Source: Nitrosopumilus sp. (GTDB lineage: Archaea > Thermoproteota > Nitrososphaeria > Nitrososphaerales > Nitrosopumilaceae). Taken from it: a stretch of 32,000 bases of DNA. This document shows, in pieces, positions 9,033 to 18,490 of the stretch (within the stretch, counting starts at the first letter, position 1; every line of letters starts with the position of its first letter). A program made the position numbers and the translations under genes. The notes under the pieces are model-generated. The model had not been told where the DNA came from, did not search any database, and saw only the letters and a list, made by a program, of their open reading frames with translations. The stretch lies in the NCBI GenBank assembly GCA_965224195.1, contig OZ245040.1:287312-319311 (forward strand), written 5' to 3'.

Positions 9033-9634
9033 TTTTTACACTCTTTGAGAAAATTCTCCAGCATTATTTTTCCTACAGTGCTAGATTTTTCAGGATGAAA
9101 TTGAGTACCATAGAAATTATCTTGTTCCACTACAGCAGGTACTTTTATCCCATAATCAGACTCGGCAGTAATTACATCATTTGATTCAGGTTTTACTCTA
9201 TACGAATGAACAAAATAAGCCCATGAACCATTTTCAACCCCTTCAAGAATTTTTCCAGGTTTTTTTATTTCAAGATTATTCCATCCCATGTGTGGCACTT
9301 TCATACTAGAAGGAAGTATAACCACTTCGCCATCAATAACATTCAAACCTTTCTCTTTTCCTTCTTCACTTTTTTCAAAAAACATTTCCATTCCAAGACA
9401 AATACCTAGAACAGGCACATTCCCAACATATTCTTTAAATTTGATTTTAGAAAAATCTCTAATACTATTCATAGCAGGATCAAAATTTCCTACACCAGGA
9501 AGTAACAAACCAGAATATGTATTTTTATTATCAAAAGTAGTTATTACATCTACTGTTGCTCCTACTTTTTCAAGGGAGTTTTTTAAACTGAAAATATTTC
9601 CAGCGCCATAATCAAAAATTGCAACACTTACCAT
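9029..9634 (-). CDS. hisH: Imidazole glycerol phosphate synthase glutamine amidotransferase subunit
   Basis: IFDYGAGNIFSLKNSLEKVG; LPGVGNFDPAM; VPVLGICLGMEMFFE; GTQFHPEKS. Confidence 0.95.
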   Translation of the reverse strand: MVSVAIFDYGAGNIFSLKNSLEKVGATVDVITTFDNKNTYSGLLLPGVGNFDPAMNSIRDFSKIKFKEYVGNVPVLGICLGMEMFFEKSEEGKEKGLNVIDGEVVILPSSMKVPHMGWNNLEIKKPGKILEGVENGSWAYFVHSYRVKPESNDVITAESDYGIKVPAVVEQDNFYGTQFHPEKSSTVGKIMLENFLKECKK

Positions 9635-10230
9635 TACATTGAACCTTTAGTACTTGGAATTCCTTTTTGTTTTTTATCTAGTGAAGATGCATTTCTTAAT
9701 GTAACTGCAAGTGATTTTATAGCAGCCTCAACTTTGTGGTGATCATTATCTCCATACTTTACAGTAAGGTGAATACAACTATTGAGATTTTGTAATAAAG
9801 ATTGGAAGAAATGTTCAAGATCTTCTTTGGATATATCTTCAATCTTATTACGTTTAATAGATAATGTCAATTTCCAAAATGGACGTTTTACTAAATCAAT
9901 TGAAGCCTCAGCAAGAGATTCATCCATCGGAACAGAAGCATAGCTAAATCTAGTAATTCCACTTCTAGAACTTAGTGCCTTGTCAATTGTTTGTCCTATT
10001 GTAATTGCAGTGTCTTCAATCAAATGATGTTCTATACCATCATTTGACTTTGCATCAACTTTAAGATCCATCATACCATGTTTTCCAAATGAAACAATCA
10101 AGTGATCAAGAAAATTTATTCCAGTTTTAATTACAGTTTTTCCTGAACCATCAAGATTTACAGATACAAAAACACTCGTTTCTTTTGTATTTCGTTTAAT
10201 TGATGCCTTTCTTGGTGTCATTTTTCTCAC
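9634..10230 (-). CDS. hisB: Imidazoleglycerol-phosphate dehydratase
   Basis: [24 protein letters not shown]; [19 protein letters not shown]; [42 protein letters not shown]. Confidence 0.95.
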   Translation of the reverse strand: MRKMTPRKASIKRNTKETSVFVSVNLDGSGKTVIKTGINFLDHLIVSFGKHGMMDLKVDAKSNDGIEHHLIEDTAITIGQTIDKALSSRSGITRFSYASVPMDESLAEASIDLVKRPFWKLTLSIKRNKIEDISKEDLEHFFQSLLQNLNSCIHLTVKYGDNDHHKVEAAIKSLAVTLRNASSLDKKQKGIPSTKGSM

Positions 10231-10246
10231 AGATTATGTAATTGCA

Positions 10247-11221
10247 TCATTCTAAATTTAATACCTTTGGTAACAAATGGATTGAATCCAATACCAAAAT
10301 AGCATCATTTTTCTCAAATAGATCTAATTTCTCTTGTGGGTTTTTACTAGTACCTATAATTCCACAAAATGTTGTTTTTTGTCCTAAATCACTAGATCTT
10401 TTAGCCATAACGAAATCCTCCATGGAATCTCCAACATAAAGAGTTGAAGTGCAATTCATACCATGAATTGAATTGAGAAGTGATTGAGGATTAGGTTTTG
10501 CAAGCTCACGTGGTTCATCCTCAAGAAATACAGAACTATCTAAATTGAATTTTAACAATAATGATTTTAAAGAATATCTTACGGATTCTTTTCCTCTTCC
10601 TGTAACCATAGCAATTTTTGAATTAAATTTCTTTTGTAATTTTTTAAATAAAATATCATTTAAAATTACATCATCTTGTTCAATCAAACCTATATCAGAA
10701 AAGTTTGAAGTTTTGTTAAATAATTTTTGGTACAATTCAGGTCCATAAAAAATTTGATCAAATATCTGATATACAATATTATCATGATGAGTTCCAGGAT
10801 ATGATAATTGTTTTTTAATTTCAGAAATATCAGTTTGATTTTCAACATATTTTTCTACAGATACAATACCAGTAAAATCAGAGTTTTTAATAACATCAAA
10901 GATAAAATTGGTTGGATCTTTTTCTAATTTTTTAGCAGCAACAAGAGAAATTATGGCAGCATATGTCAAATCCACTTCATCATTAAATCCTCCAGTAGAT
11001 TTGAATCCATCAATAATTTTAAAATCAATATCAATAGATGAATTAATTTTTGCTAGATGTTCTAATACATATCTAGTAGTTTTGATAATTGTTAGATCAT
11101 ATGATTTTGTAATATTAATTAACACACCATCACAATCAAAAATTATTGAATCCAATTCATTTAAAATTTGAATTTTAGAATCATTAGTGTAGATCCCTTC
11201 AAATTTTTTTATTAATGTCAT
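10247..11221 (-). CDS. HAD-superfamily phosphatase; candidate histidinol-phosphate phosphatase
   Basis: HAD motifs IIFDCDGVL, MVTGRG, LAKPNP, YVGDSMEDFVMA. Located between hisC and hisB. Confidence 0.85.
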   Translation of the reverse strand: MTLIKKFEGIYTNDSKIQILNELDSIIFDCDGVLINITKSYDLTIIKTTRYVLEHLAKINSSIDIDFKIIDGFKSTGGFNDEVDLTYAAIISLVAAKKLEKDPTNFIFDVIKNSDFTGIVSVEKYVENQTDISEIKKQLSYPGTHHDNIVYQIFDQIFYGPELYQKLFNKTSNFSDIGLIEQDDVILNDILFKKLQKKFNSKIAMVTGRGKESVRYSLKSLLLKFNLDSSVFLEDEPRELAKPNPQSLLNSIHGMNCTSTLYVGDSMEDFVMAKRSSDLGQKTTFCGIIGTSKNPQEKLDLFEKNDAILVLDSIHLLPKVLNLE

Positions 11222-12288
11222 CCTAGTAAATCACGAATAGCCAATAAGAATTTTGAATTCATTTCTTTTGTTCCAATAGTTACTCTAAGACATCCATCAT
11301 GATTTCCTATTTTTCCTAATTTACGAATTGAGATTCCCTGCTCAGCTAATGCAGAATAGACACGTTTGTATGCACTATGGGCGTCAAATAGCACAAAATT
11401 AGCCTTGGAATCAAATACTTCAAAAGCGTCAAAAGTTTGTAAAGTTTCAATAATTCGTTTTCTTTCAATTTTGATACTATCAATAGTATCTTTCATGAGT
11501 TTTGATTTTTCCAAAGCCTGAATTCCTGATTCTATTGTAATTGTGCTAATAGGATAGGGATATTGTAAAACATTCATAAAAGTTTCAGTGAATTTTTTAC
11601 TTGCAATAAAATAACCCAGTCTCAATCCCGCTAATCCAAATGATTTGGAAAGAGTTTGAACTATAATTAAATTATTTTGAGTCTTAACCATACTTGAAAG
11701 AGAATATTCGCTAAAATCACCATATGCCTCATCAATTATTACAAGACCAGTAAAAGATTTAACAAGTTTTTGTAATTCATTTTTTGTAAATTGAAATCCA
11801 GTTGGATTATTTGGGGAATCTAAATAAAGAATATCTGCATTTTTTGTTTGTTTTAAAAAATCTTTAACATCTAATTTCATATTATTAGAAAACGGAATTG
11901 CAATTAATGGTATATCATATAATTTACAACGCTCCTCAAAAAATCCAAATGTAGGGTTTGATGTAAGAACTTTAGTTTGTTTTGAGACAAAATTTGAAAG
12001 TATTAAATCTAAAATTTGATCAGATCCATTACCCACCCCAATCATCGATGATGGTATTTTAACAAATTTTGATATCATATCAATTAATCTTTCAACTCCA
12101 CCTAATGGGTATTCTCTAATATCAGAATTTTTTTTAGCAAAAGAAATTATATCACTTTGAAATTGTTTTGGAATTACATAATTTTCATTAGAATCAAGTT
12201 TCACTGAATCTTCAACAAGTTCTGGTTTTTTATAACCACCTAGCAAACTAAATTTTGTAATTTTTTCTTCTAACCAATTTTTTTTCAA
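11218..12288 (-). CDS. hisC: Histidinol-phosphate aminotransferase
   Basis: VKLDSNENYVIPKQF; YPLGGVERLIDMIS; YLDSPNNPTGFQ; IIDEAYGDFS; LSKSFGLAGLRLGYFIAS. Confidence 0.95.
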   Translation of the reverse strand: MKKNWLEEKITKFSLLGGYKKPELVEDSVKLDSNENYVIPKQFQSDIISFAKKNSDIREYPLGGVERLIDMISKFVKIPSSMIGVGNGSDQILDLILSNFVSKQTKVLTSNPTFGFFEERCKLYDIPLIAIPFSNNMKLDVKDFLKQTKNADILYLDSPNNPTGFQFTKNELQKLVKSFTGLVIIDEAYGDFSEYSLSSMVKTQNNLIIVQTLSKSFGLAGLRLGYFIASKKFTETFMNVLQYPYPISTITIESGIQALEKSKLMKDTIDSIKIERKRIIETLQTFDAFEVFDSKANFVLFDAHSAYKRVYSALAEQGISIRKLGKIGNHDGCLRVTIGTKEMNSKFLLAIRDLLG

Positions 12289-13559
12289 TTTAATCTACCT
12301 CTTACTGCTTCAAAGTGATTTGTAAGACCTTCAGCATTAGTCAAGACTTCAAGATGTTTTGAAATTTTTGATAACGATTTTTTAGATGATGTAATCTGTG
12401 TGTTTACTTTGATAAAATCTAAAACAGAAAGAGACCCTCTGATTTTTCCAAATCCATTTGTAGGTAGAATATGATTTGAGCCTAAAATGTAGTCACTTAC
12501 CGATGATGGAGTATCATTTCCAATCAAAACAAGCCCAGATGAAGTTATTTTTGATGCCATAGATTCTGAATTTTTGGTCATAATTTGTAAGTGTTCAGGA
12601 GCTAGAATATTTGCAAGTTTAATCATATCTGAATTAGTTTTACATATTCCAATAAATCCATTATTTTTTAAACTAGATTGGACTATCTTTCTTCTTTTGA
12701 TTTTTGGGATTAGTTCTGAAATAATTTTATTTACAGACTTTGCAATCTTCTCTGATGTAGTAATCAAATAACAAAATGTGTCATTACTGTGTTCAGATTG
12801 AGAAATCAAATCTAAAGCCACAAATTTTGGGTTTGTCGAATTATCTGCCATTATTCCTAATTCAGTAGGACCTGCAAGCATGTCAATTCCTGTCTGATCA
12901 CTTATCATAAATTTTGCAGTTGTAACAAATGAACCTCCTGGACCTACAATTTTATCCACTTTAGTGATAGATTTTGTTCCATAAGATAATGCTGCAATAG
13001 ATTGTACACCTCCTGTTTTGTAAATTTCATTTGCACCACAAATATCAGCGCTAACAATGGTTAATGGATCAATTTTTCCATCAGAATTAGGTGGAGATAC
13101 AACTACTATTCTTTTAACTCCTGCAATTTTAGCTGGAACTACAGACATAATTACAGAGCTTGGGTATTTTGCCAATCCACCAGGAATATAACATCCTACA
13201 CTTTGAATAGGAATAAATCTTTTAGAAATTTTTATTCCATCCTGGTTAATTATTTTATCTGTAAGTAATGATTTAACGATAGATTCTGTTTTTCCAAGTC
13301 TAGCTTTTGCCAATTTTAATGCGTCACGTTCTGTTTTAGATATTTTAGAATATGCATTTTTTATCTCACTTGGAGTTAAACGTAATGATGATATGTTTGC
13401 TTTGCTAAATTTTTTTTCATATTTGCGAATTGCAATATCCCCGTTTTTTCTAACATCTTTTAGAATTGATTCAACTATAGTTTTGTTATTTTGAGGCTGT
13501 TTTGGAAGTATTTTAGCTGCAAACTGTTCAACATTAGATACTTTGATTATTCTCATCAA
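12285..13559 (-). CDS. hisD: Histidinol dehydrogenase
   Basis: IQSVGCYIPGGLAKYPSSVIMSVVPAKIAGVKRIVVVSPP; AGPTELGIMAD; EHLQIMTK; GSNHILPTNGFGKIRGSLSVLDF. Confidence 0.97.
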   Translation of the reverse strand: MMRIIKVSNVEQFAAKILPKQPQNNKTIVESILKDVRKNGDIAIRKYEKKFSKANISSLRLTPSEIKNAYSKISKTERDALKLAKARLGKTESIVKSLLTDKIINQDGIKISKRFIPIQSVGCYIPGGLAKYPSSVIMSVVPAKIAGVKRIVVVSPPNSDGKIDPLTIVSADICGANEIYKTGGVQSIAALSYGTKSITKVDKIVGPGGSFVTTAKFMISDQTGIDMLAGPTELGIMADNSTNPKFVALDLISQSEHSNDTFCYLITTSEKIAKSVNKIISELIPKIKRRKIVQSSLKNNGFIGICKTNSDMIKLANILAPEHLQIMTKNSESMASKITSSGLVLIGNDTPSSVSDYILGSNHILPTNGFGKIRGSLSVLDFIKVNTQITSSKKSLSKISKHLEVLTNAEGLTNHFEAVRGRLN

Positions 13560-14548
13560 TTTTCTTCGTCACGTTTTATCTCCTCGAGTTCAAGTATTTG
13601 TCTAGGTTCATGAACTACGAGTCCTTGAGCAATTTTTCGTAATTTAGGGATTAGTTTGTGAAATTCTTCTTTTTGAATTACGGTATTTACACCAAACCAT
13701 CCTTCTTCACTTAGTGGACTGATTGTAGGTTTTTTGAGAGATGGCATCTGTGTCAAAAGCTTTTTCAGATTTTTTTCTTCAACATTTAGATAAATGTGTA
13801 AGAATTTCTTGCCTTGAACTGCACCTCTCATCAAAGTTACTATATCAAATATTTTTTCGCGTTTTTTAGAATCTTTTAATGATTTTTTATTTACAATCAA
13901 ATGTGCAGTTGAAGTAAGAACTTCATCTACAATTTTGAGTTTATTTTGTTTTAGAGTAGTTCCAGTTTCTGTAACATCCATTATTGCATTTACATCCTCA
14001 GGTGGCTTTGCTTCGGTAGCACCAAAGGATAAATGAATTTGAACACTTTTGTTATTTCCAAGTCTTACCCAAGGAGTAACAATTAAAGGATCTTTTGAAC
14101 CATAATATTTTTTGTAAGATTTTGATTGTTTTAGAAATTTTGATGCGGTTGTAAGATATTCTGATGAAATTCTAAGTGTTTTCTTCTTTTTACCATAATC
14201 TGCAATCATTTCATCAAGATTTTTGTATTTGTATTTATCAGGAAATGCAATTACTAATCTAATTTTTCCATATTCTAAATCTAAAATTTGTTCAACATCA
14301 GAATTTGTTTCCCCTACCCAATCCTTTCCAGTAATGCCTACATCATACAATCCTTCTGCAACCAATGTTGGAATTTCTTGAGGACGAAGCATTTTGACTA
14401 CTATACTTGGATCATCTAGATAGACTCGATATGTTCTACTTTTTCGATTTACTTTAGTAAACGATCTTTCTAACAATTTGAAAGTGGCTTCTTCTAAACT
14501 TCCTTTTGGGATTGCAAATTTTACTTCAGACATTTTTAATTTTTTCAC
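13556..14548 (-). CDS. hisG: ATP phosphoribosyltransferase (long form)
   Basis: VKFAIPKGSLEEATFKLLERSF; YDVGITGKDWVGE; IMDVTETGTTLKQNKLKIVDEV. Confidence 0.92.
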   Translation of the reverse strand: MKKLKMSEVKFAIPKGSLEEATFKLLERSFTKVNRKSRTYRVYLDDPSIVVKMLRPQEIPTLVAEGLYDVGITGKDWVGETNSDVEQILDLEYGKIRLVIAFPDKYKYKNLDEMIADYGKKKKTLRISSEYLTTASKFLKQSKSYKKYYGSKDPLIVTPWVRLGNNKSVQIHLSFGATEAKPPEDVNAIMDVTETGTTLKQNKLKIVDEVLTSTAHLIVNKKSLKDSKKREKIFDIVTLMRGAVQGKKFLHIYLNVEEKNLKKLLTQMPSLKKPTISPLSEEGWFGVNTVIQKEEFHKLIPKLRKIAQGLVVHEPRQILELEEIKRDEEN

Positions 14549-14571
14549 TTTTTAGGTATATAATCTCATGT

Positions 14572-15828
14572 TTAAATTTGCTCAAGTAATTCTTTAGCTC
14601 TATCAAGTGAAATTTTCTTTTCTTCAATCATTTTTTTAACGATTTTATCGATTTGATCAGGTGTAGCACCTGCTACTGCAGCTAAATTCCTAGCATGAAG
14701 ACGCATGTGCCCTTTTTGAATCCCTTCAGTTGAAAGAGCTTGAATTGCACTATAGTTTTGAGCCAATCCTGTAGCAGTCATCACACATGCAAGTTCTTGT
14801 GTAGATGTTGCTCCTAGAATTTTTGCACAAACTTTGGCTACTGGATGAACATTTACAATTCCACCCATAATTCCTACAGAAAGTGGTATTTCCAGAATTC
14901 CAATTAAATTTCCCTCATTATCCTTACTCCATTTACTCAAAGAACGATACTTTCCAGTTTGCGCAGCATATGCATTTGCTGCAGCCTCTATTGCTCTACT
15001 ATCCTGACCTACTGCATTTGCAACAGCTATTGTTCCATTCATAATACCTTTGTTATGAGTAACAGCCCTATACACATCATTATCAGCAAACTCAAATGCA
15101 GAAATAATATTATCAACAACTTGTTCTCCACCTACAGCTTCTTTTTCAAATACTGCTTTTGCTTTTACCATTCTTCTAGTAGAATAATTAGATAATATTC
15201 TTAGTAATGCCCTACCGCTAGTAATTTTTTCAATTAAAGGGGAGATAGCTTCACACATAGTATTTGTAACATTTGCACCCATGGCATCACCTACGTCAAT
15301 AAGTAATTCGACAATTAACATTTTTCCTGAAGGTGTATCAATTTCTTTACATGAAATTTCTTTTGCACCTTTATCCATCTTAGACAAAGTATTACTTTTT
15401 GAATTTGCAAGTTGGAGTATTTCATTCGTAGAATTTTTTATTTCAGATATAGCTAATGGAATGTCAACATCTAACATCTGAATTTGACCAATACTAAAAG
15501 ATTCATCAGCAAAAACTTCAAACCCACCTTTAATTCGTGCAACTTTAGCTCCCTTTGATGCAGCAGCTATTACTGATGGTTCCTCAATAACCATAGGGAC
15601 CACGTAATCTTTACCGTTTATCTTAAAATTTGTAGCAATTCCCAAGGGAAGAGAAAAAGTTCCAATTGCATTTTCAACCATTTTATCGGCCTTATCAAAA
15701 GAAATTCCTCCATCGTCACTTTGTAGAATTTTTAATTCTTCATTTGAGAGATTTGCAAAATTGGCTACAATATCTAATCTTTCTTGTCTAGATTTTTCAA
15801 AAAATTTAGAAATTGATGAATCAGGCAT
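14572..15828 (-). CDS. hmgA: Hydroxymethylglutaryl-CoA reductase, class II-like
   Basis: VENAIGTFSLPLGIATNFKINGKDYVVPMVIEEPSVIAAASKGAKVAR; LIVELLIDVGDAMGANVTNTMCEAISP; GIMNGTIAVANAVGQDSRAIEAAANAYA. Confidence 0.93.
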   Translation of the reverse strand: MPDSSISKFFEKSRQERLDIVANFANLSNEELKILQSDDGGISFDKADKMVENAIGTFSLPLGIATNFKINGKDYVVPMVIEEPSVIAAASKGAKVARIKGGFEVFADESFSIGQIQMLDVDIPLAISEIKNSTNEILQLANSKSNTLSKMDKGAKEISCKEIDTPSGKMLIVELLIDVGDAMGANVTNTMCEAISPLIEKITSGRALLRILSNYSTRRMVKAKAVFEKEAVGGEQVVDNIISAFEFADNDVYRAVTHNKGIMNGTIAVANAVGQDSRAIEAAANAYAAQTGKYRSLSKWSKDNEGNLIGILEIPLSVGIMGGIVNVHPVAKVCAKILGATSTQELACVMTATGLAQNYSAIQALSTEGIQKGHMRLHARNLAAVAGATPDQIDKIVKKMIEEKKISLDRAKELLEQI

Positions 15829-15829
15829 T

Positions 15830-16921
15830 TTATTTCAATATCCTCAATAGTTTATCATCCATACTATCTGGAAAACCTTTTCCATCCGTATTTGAAGTGA
15901 TTACATAGAGACTGCCATCAGTACCCTGTACTACATCACGTACACGTCCTATACCACTAAGAATTGACTTTTGAGAACTCAATCCTTCTTCAAAATCTAA
16001 TTGATATAGATTTGCTGCCCTCATGGATGCCATAATAAATGAGGATTCAAAGTCTAAAGAATCCCCAGAATAAAATAAAATACCCCCAGGTTCTACACTT
16101 GGATCAAAACAAAGAATGGCATCTTCAAAATCTTTATCACCTGAGCATTGTTCCTCAGGCCATCCATAGTTTTTTCCTGCTTGAATTAGATTAATTTCAT
16201 CATTTTTTTCTGGTCCAAATTCTGCAACATACAAATTTTCATCGTCATCCCAAGTCATTCCTTGAGGATTTCTATGTCCTAATGAATATACTAGTGAATT
16301 AGAAAATGGATTATCATTCGGAATTGTACCATCATCATTTAATCTTAAAATTTTTCCAGATAGAGAGTTAAGATCTTGTGGCAAATGAGAAGCATCAGAA
16401 ACAGTACCTGTACCCACATACAATTTTTCATCTGGTCCGAATTTCATAAAACCTCCATTTGTAAAAGAAGATCCAGGAATTTTATCTAAAATAGTTTCTG
16501 CATTTTGTAATTTATTCTCTGATTCAGTAATTCTTAAAATCTTATTCCATAAATTATCATCTTCTTCATAAGTCAAAAAAACATACATGTAATGATTAGT
16601 TGAAAAATTTGGATGTAATGCAATTCCCAACAATCCACCATCAAACACATCAGCTCCACGTAATGTAGCTAATGGAGATTCTAACAAAGTATTATTTTGA
16701 ATTACTTTAATCATTCCATCTTTTTCAGTAACAAAAATCCTATCATTAGAAACAGCAATAGCTCTAGGCTTATCGAGATTTTCAGCTAAAATAGTTACAA
16801 AATCACTTTGAGAATTGGAATTTGGAATTGGTAATGGAATTGGATCTGTTGGAGATGTTAAAACTAATACTGAAAATACAATAGCAACAACAATTGCAGC
16901 AACTTGAATTTTTTTATCCAT
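15830..16921 (-). CDS. PQQ-dependent sugar dehydrogenase-like (glucose/sorbosone dehydrogenase family) beta-propeller, membrane-anchored
   Basis: N-terminal TM segment; LDKPRAIAVSNDRIFVTEKDG; GGLLGIALHPNF; YSLGHRNPQGMTWDDDENLYVAEFGPEKNDEINLIQAGKNYGWP. Confidence 0.88.
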   Translation of the reverse strand: MDKKIQVAAIVVAIVFSVLVLTSPTDPIPLPIPNSNSQSDFVTILAENLDKPRAIAVSNDRIFVTEKDGMIKVIQNNTLLESPLATLRGADVFDGGLLGIALHPNFSTNHYMYVFLTYEEDDNLWNKILRITESENKLQNAETILDKIPGSSFTNGGFMKFGPDEKLYVGTGTVSDASHLPQDLNSLSGKILRLNDDGTIPNDNPFSNSLVYSLGHRNPQGMTWDDDENLYVAEFGPEKNDEINLIQAGKNYGWPEEQCSGDKDFEDAILCFDPSVEPGGILFYSGDSLDFESSFIMASMRAANLYQLDFEEGLSSQKSILSGIGRVRDVVQGTDGSLYVITSNTDGKGFPDSMDDKLLRILK

Positions 16922-16972
16922 GAAAATATGAGTTCTTCAAATCCTATTAATTACTTTCAAGAATTTGATAAA

Positions 16973-16980
16973 GCGTATAT
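16973..16980 (+). promoter_or_regulatory. Putative TATA-like box for the downstream tRNA
   Basis: AT-rich gcgtatatac motif roughly 25-30 nt upstream of the tRNA start; exact position approximate. Confidence 0.4.
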
Positions 16981-17003
16981 ACGGCTCAACTTCATTTATG
17001 TTC

Positions 17004-17078
17004 AGCGGGGTGGGGAAGCCAGGTCATCCCGGCGGGCTCATAACCCGCAGTTCAGTAGTTCAAATCTACTCCCCGCTA
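17004..17078 (+). tRNA. Initiator tRNA-Met (CAU)
   Basis: agcggggtggggaagccaggtcatcccggcgggctcataacccgcagttcagtagttcaaatctactccccgcta. GCGGG/CCCGC anticodon stem, CTCATAA loop, AGCGGGG acceptor as in archaeal initiator tRNA. Confidence 0.93.
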
Positions 17079-17079
17079 C

Positions 17080-18408
17080 TTATTTTCCATATACACAAAA
17101 CCATGAAAGGGATTTCTCAAATTTTGATGATTTGTTAATTGTTCCAATTCTCTGTAAAGGTCTACTTAGATGCCTATGTGCAGATATTTTTGGAAGATAG
17201 AGTTGTTTTTGGATATTTCTTGAAATTTTAGTAGTAATTTTTTTAGAAGCTTTTTTTCCACAACGAACACACTGAAATCCTTGATTGACGCCTTTAGATT
17301 TCATTTTTTTGTGACATTTATTGCATTGAGGATTTGATAATGTGGTATTCTTTTCGAGTGAAATAATATCAATAAATTCAAGATTAATTATTCGGGGAAA
17401 ATATTTTGAGGCTTTTCTAACTCCTCCACCAACATGAATTTTATCTCCTTTTAGCAAATTTGATGCAATTAGAGTCATACCAGTCGGTTTGTAAACAGCA
17501 CACCAAAATTCATGGCCCTTAGAAATAATTTTAAAAAATACATGACCTCCTTTTACAATTTTTGGTGTATTAGATACAACACCAGAGATTTTTCCAGATG
17601 CATAAGGTTTCATGTTTTCAAAAGTTAGTTCATTTTTCAAATGATCACCAGTTCCCTGATTTGATTTAAAGATCATATATCCGTCTAATTTTTCATTCGT
17701 TTTGAGAATTTTAGTAGCATAAACCAAAGAATCAACATTTTCACCTCTAACACCATAAAAAACAGGATCTGGACTATGTGGAGTAATTAAAACTCGACCT
17801 TTTTTTGTATCAAAGCTGTTAAACGTGTTAGGGGAAGTTTTTTCCTGCATATGTTTTACACTCTCAGTAGAAATTTTTCTCTCTTTTCCAAATTTTGATC
17901 TTTTGCGATAACTTAAAAGTTCCAATGTATGATCTTTAAAATCATAACCTATTGCACCTATAGCACCAACTAATCCTTGACCATTTCCTTGAAAATGAAT
18001 TTCAAGATTGTTTTTTTTAGCAAATGTTTTTGCATTGTTACGATTAATTAATTGCCATAAAGCTAATTTACTAAATTTAATGAATTCAGATGGAATACTA
18101 TCACTTTCAAAAAATACTAATCCCGGATTTGCGCCATTTTTAGTATCAGAATATTTTGAAACAAAATTTTTAATTTGATTTTTAATTTTAGATGGGTTTT
18201 TTGTCTTTATTTTAAAAGAAACTGCACCATTTCCTCTAGTTTTCCAAGGAATGTTAGGATTGAATCTAATTAATCTTGGAAAATCCAGAAATTCCGTTTT
18301 TTGCTTTTGGAGTGAATCAACAATTTTGTAAGCAAGAAATGTGGTACACATACCTTTTGGAGAATCAGTATCATCAAATCCAACATTTAAGATAGTTTCC
18401 TTTTCCAT
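17080..18408 (-). CDS. tiaS: tRNA(Ile2) 2-agmatinylcytidine synthetase
   Basis: ILNVGFDDTDSPKGMCTTFLAYKIV; FPRLIRFNPNIPWKTRGNGAV; GAIGAIGYDF; PVFYGVRGE; C-terminal zinc ribbon CNKCHKKMKSKGVNQGFQCVRCGKKA. Confidence 0.93.
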   Translation of the reverse strand: MEKETILNVGFDDTDSPKGMCTTFLAYKIVDSLQKQKTEFLDFPRLIRFNPNIPWKTRGNGAVSFKIKTKNPSKIKNQIKNFVSKYSDTKNGANPGLVFFESDSIPSEFIKFSKLALWQLINRNNAKTFAKKNNLEIHFQGNGQGLVGAIGAIGYDFKDHTLELLSYRKRSKFGKERKISTESVKHMQEKTSPNTFNSFDTKKGRVLITPHSPDPVFYGVRGENVDSLVYATKILKTNEKLDGYMIFKSNQGTGDHLKNELTFENMKPYASGKISGVVSNTPKIVKGGHVFFKIISKGHEFWCAVYKPTGMTLIASNLLKGDKIHVGGGVRKASKYFPRIINLEFIDIISLEKNTTLSNPQCNKCHKKMKSKGVNQGFQCVRCGKKASKKITTKISRNIQKQLYLPKISAHRHLSRPLQRIGTINKSSKFEKSLSWFCVYGK

Positions 18409-18490
18409 GACTTGTTTTAATTAATCAGACATTTTTAGTTGTTGTAAGCTTCAGTTGATTTAAATTAATAACGTACCATTCCAAGCTGAA

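Noticed and set aside
16904-17200. Plus-strand ORF spanning the initiator tRNA
   Set aside because: It reads through the tRNA and antisense to tiaS; chance ORF in GC-rich tRNA sequence.
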